From the NCBI GenBank assembly GCA_964016885.1, contig OZ024753.1, positions 33,852,001 through 33,916,000 of the forward strand: a stretch of DNA of 64,000 bases. Reading direction: 5' to 3'. The stretch's first letter is position 1. Every line of letters starts with the position of its first letter. The notes under the pieces were generated by a model that was not told the origin of the DNA, made no database searches, and worked only from the letters and a program-made list of their open reading frames with translations. Source of the stretch: Eledone cirrhosa. Taxonomy: Eukaryota. The translations under genes and the position numbers were made by a program. This document shows, in pieces, positions 59,307 through 64,000 of the stretch.

Positions 59307-60242
59307 GTTTTCTTTATTAAATCTTACATCGGATTTCAATAGTTTAAGAAAAGTAGACTTTTCTCTTAATTTTAGAATCAAAAATATAAAGAAGTTCAGA
59401 AAATTCCCCAAACCAAATTAGAAAACAAAGAAAACAAAGGGATTTAAGAAGAACGATCTAACTATTGTTTCGAAATCTATTTATGTTTTATTTGATCAAT
59501 TTTCTTCCATAGGAGACAAACCAGTTTTATTTTCATATTTAAGATATCAAGGGACATTCTATCTTATTGATCATCAATGAGATATGAAATACGTTTCTTA
59601 AAATCAAAACTATTAAGTTGGTTTCTTCATAAAATTAGGTTACGCTTATCCTATTGTTTAATTCGATTTCATTTATTCATCAAAACTAATATTTATATTT
59701 TCTTGATATGACAAAGCGTCTATTATAAATATGAGTCACTTATATAAGTTACAGCCATCAATACAGCCTTTACCTGATCATACAGCCTGCAAAAAATGGC
59801 AGTTAATTCTCCCTCATATCATCATCCATCCGAATTATTAAATGATGATGGTGATGATGACGATGGTTGTGGTGATGAAGATAATGACTATCGTAGTGAT
59901 GGTGATGATGATAATGATGGCGATGAAAGTTGGATATTGAGGTTATATTTTATCAGCGTAGCTTTTAATATGTCTATGTTTTTCTTTCTTCAAAAATGTT
60001 TCTTATGAGCTGGAGCTGTATTTTATTTTGAACTGTTCTTATAAACTGATAACTACTTTTCGTTTTTCTCCCATTTTTGTAATGTAAGAATGAGTTTCTC
60101 ATTCTAACATTCTTGTTTCCACAATATATAAACGTGATTTTGTGAGTTTTCGTTTTTATTTTGTTTTTTTTTTCGACTTAAACCACAAAGATACAACCAG
60201 CTTGCATCCCTCACTTTAGAAATATCATAATTCAACACTGCA

Positions 60243-61285
<1,043 letters not shown>

Positions 61286-61528
61286 AAATGTAACCTTAGA
61301 CGTATATAAAACTTTACATTTCAATAAAATACCAATTTTACAAAGGTGTTAAGCTACCACGCGAGAGAGAAATAATAGGAGTATGCTTCAATGTGTGTTA
61401 TTCAGAAAGAAAATTTCGAGAGTGGAAAGACGAAATGTAACAGTTTTTATATCTTTTAGTTTGATAAAATGTAATTGTCAAATTATTACTTTTATACAGT
61501 AAAACATTTATAATGATGATAAAAGGCC

Positions 61529-62103
<575 letters not shown>

Positions 62104-62392
62104 ATACGACAAATGATGGTTGGTGTGTTAATAATGGCTGATGGTAATATCCTATCACCTAGATACACAACTCTTTATTGATTGGCATTTCACAACTCTT
62201 TTATAGACTTAGTACAATAATTTCTTATTTTAACTAATAATCATTAAACCAATGGAATGCCTTACAGATAGTTCCACACTCGTACACAGATACACGCTTA
62301 CGTGTTTATAATCGTGTACAGATACCCAGGAGCACACATTTGAATACACACGCACAACAACCAGCATAGATATTGATACAGTTACACTCATA

Positions 62393-62454
<62 letters not shown>

Positions 62455-62461
<7 letters not shown>

Positions 62462-62650
62462 GTGAGGTTTTTTTTTTACAGAATGAAAAATAACCGAGGT
62501 GTCCTACACGAGTGAAAGTATAAAGAAAAAGAGATGAAATCGAAAATGCAACTGGAGTCTTATTTTTTTTTTTAAATATATATATTTATTTGGTTTCTTT
62601 GCCGGTTTCGCAGTTCTTCTGCTTTTCAAAAGGTGAGTTGAGATGGAGGG
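62455..62650 (-). mobile_element. Pseudo-LTR-like fragment with U3-A8 hammerhead-like motif (62597-62632); shorter copy at 27273-27358
   Basis: CTT TTGAAAA GCAG-AAGAA-CTGC GAAAC CG GCA AAG; site mutated to GCA. Confidence 0.5.
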
Positions 62651-62703
62651 TCTGTATATATATGTATATATATGTGTATATATATATATGTATATATATA
62701 TAT

Positions 62704-62858
62704 GTAGGAGGTGAGTGTTATTGTAGTACAATCCTGTTTATTGTAGTACAATCCTGTTTTATCTGATGAAAACACAAATATTATTGCATGATGATGTTTG
62801 TTTTTGAAATGCGCATAATAAAATACATGGAACTCCTTTAACCATCTTTTGATCTTAT
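62704..62858 (+). mobile_element. Copy of the 14020-14185 element, hammerhead motif ~62755-62825
   Basis: TGTTTTAT CTGATGA...GAA ATG-CG-CAT A ATAAAATA. Confidence 0.7.
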
Positions 62859-62914
62859 ATTATGTATATATATATATGTATATGTGTGTATATATATATA
62901 TGTCTAAATGTATA

Positions 62915-62945
<31 letters not shown>

Positions 62946-63027
62946 GTATATGTGTGTATATATATATATATGTGTCTAAATGTATATATATAGTATATGT
63001 ATGTATGTGTCTATATATATATATGTC

Positions 63028-63066
<39 letters not shown>

Positions 63067-63215
63067 TGCACATCCTATTGGAATATAGAAATACACGTAA
63101 TGACTTAGCAACAGAGGTGAGCACCAAGCACACAATGGAAACACATATAACATAAGCACAAACAAATACATACACACAGAAATATATATATATATATATA
63201 GTTTTAATATAGATG

Positions 63216-63266
63216 AGATTCTACAGGACTAGAACTGTTTCATTCATTAGAAATCATCAGGAATCT
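63216..63266 (-). ncRNA. Type I hammerhead motif with full stem III
   Basis: AGATTC CTGATGA T TTC-TAAT-GAA T GAA ACAG-TTCTAGTC-CTGT A GAATCT; related fragments at ~24460-24500 and ~27666-27705. Confidence 0.75.
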
Positions 63267-63849
63267 GGGTATCAAAAAATAAATATGGTATTTATAGGTC
63301 TCTACAAGTGGTAGGAGAGGGTGGGGAGTGGGATGGGTGCAGGTCATTGGTTGATAGAAAAGGGAATTCATTAAAAGCTAATTCTACAAAGCTATAGTTT
63401 ATTTTTATTTTTATTTATTTATGTTTTTAGAGTAACGAGGGCCGACAGAATTCTATAAACAGGTTCCGGATGGCATACCATTCCTTGTCATTAAGTTTCT
63501 CTTAAGCTAACAGGTGTCTATAAAATCAGTGGGGGGTCAGTCATGGTCGATAGAATTAAAGAAAAGGGAGATTCTTTAAAAGCCAAAGTCATTAAGTTTC
63601 TACTAAGTGACAAAATTCTGCAGACAGATTCAAAATACTGAGTGCATATATTACTATTATCTTCGAACTTCTCTTAAACTAATCAACTATATGCCAAAAA
63701 TCAACAGACACATTCACAAAAAACAAAAAACCACATACTCACTCACACACTTACGCGCAACCATAAACACACACACAAACACATATACACACATAAAAAC
63801 ACACACACATATATAAAATATATATTCATGTACACACACATACATACAC

Positions 63850-63880
<31 letters not shown>

Positions 63881-63881
63881 T

Positions 63882-63928
<47 letters not shown>

Positions 63929-64000
63929 TATATACACATATATACACACACACATATATATATATACACATACACACACACATACACATACATACACACA

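Overview
AT-rich eukaryotic non-coding DNA, most likely intronic or intergenic sequence of an octopus (inferred from its tRNA-derived SINE families and extreme microsatellite load). I see no intact host gene; nearly all listed ORFs are microsatellite artefacts. Recognisable coding remnants are 3' fragments of retrotransposons: RTE (two families), Tx1/L1-like and CRE. There are also many SINEs, small DNA-transposon MITEs, a 607-bp RTE-like non-autonomous element in tandem pairs, and minisatellites. The main hidden signal is about 20-25 type I hammerhead-ribozyme-like motifs (CUGANGA...GAAA...NUH, with pairable stems and covariation between copies) from several unrelated Penelope-like/retrozyme families. 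Almost all sit in or next to (TA)n tracts, often as fold-back palindromes. One family has a ~420-nt head-to-tail unit, and one copy starts at the predicted self-cleavage site. All structures were read by eye; boundaries are approximate.
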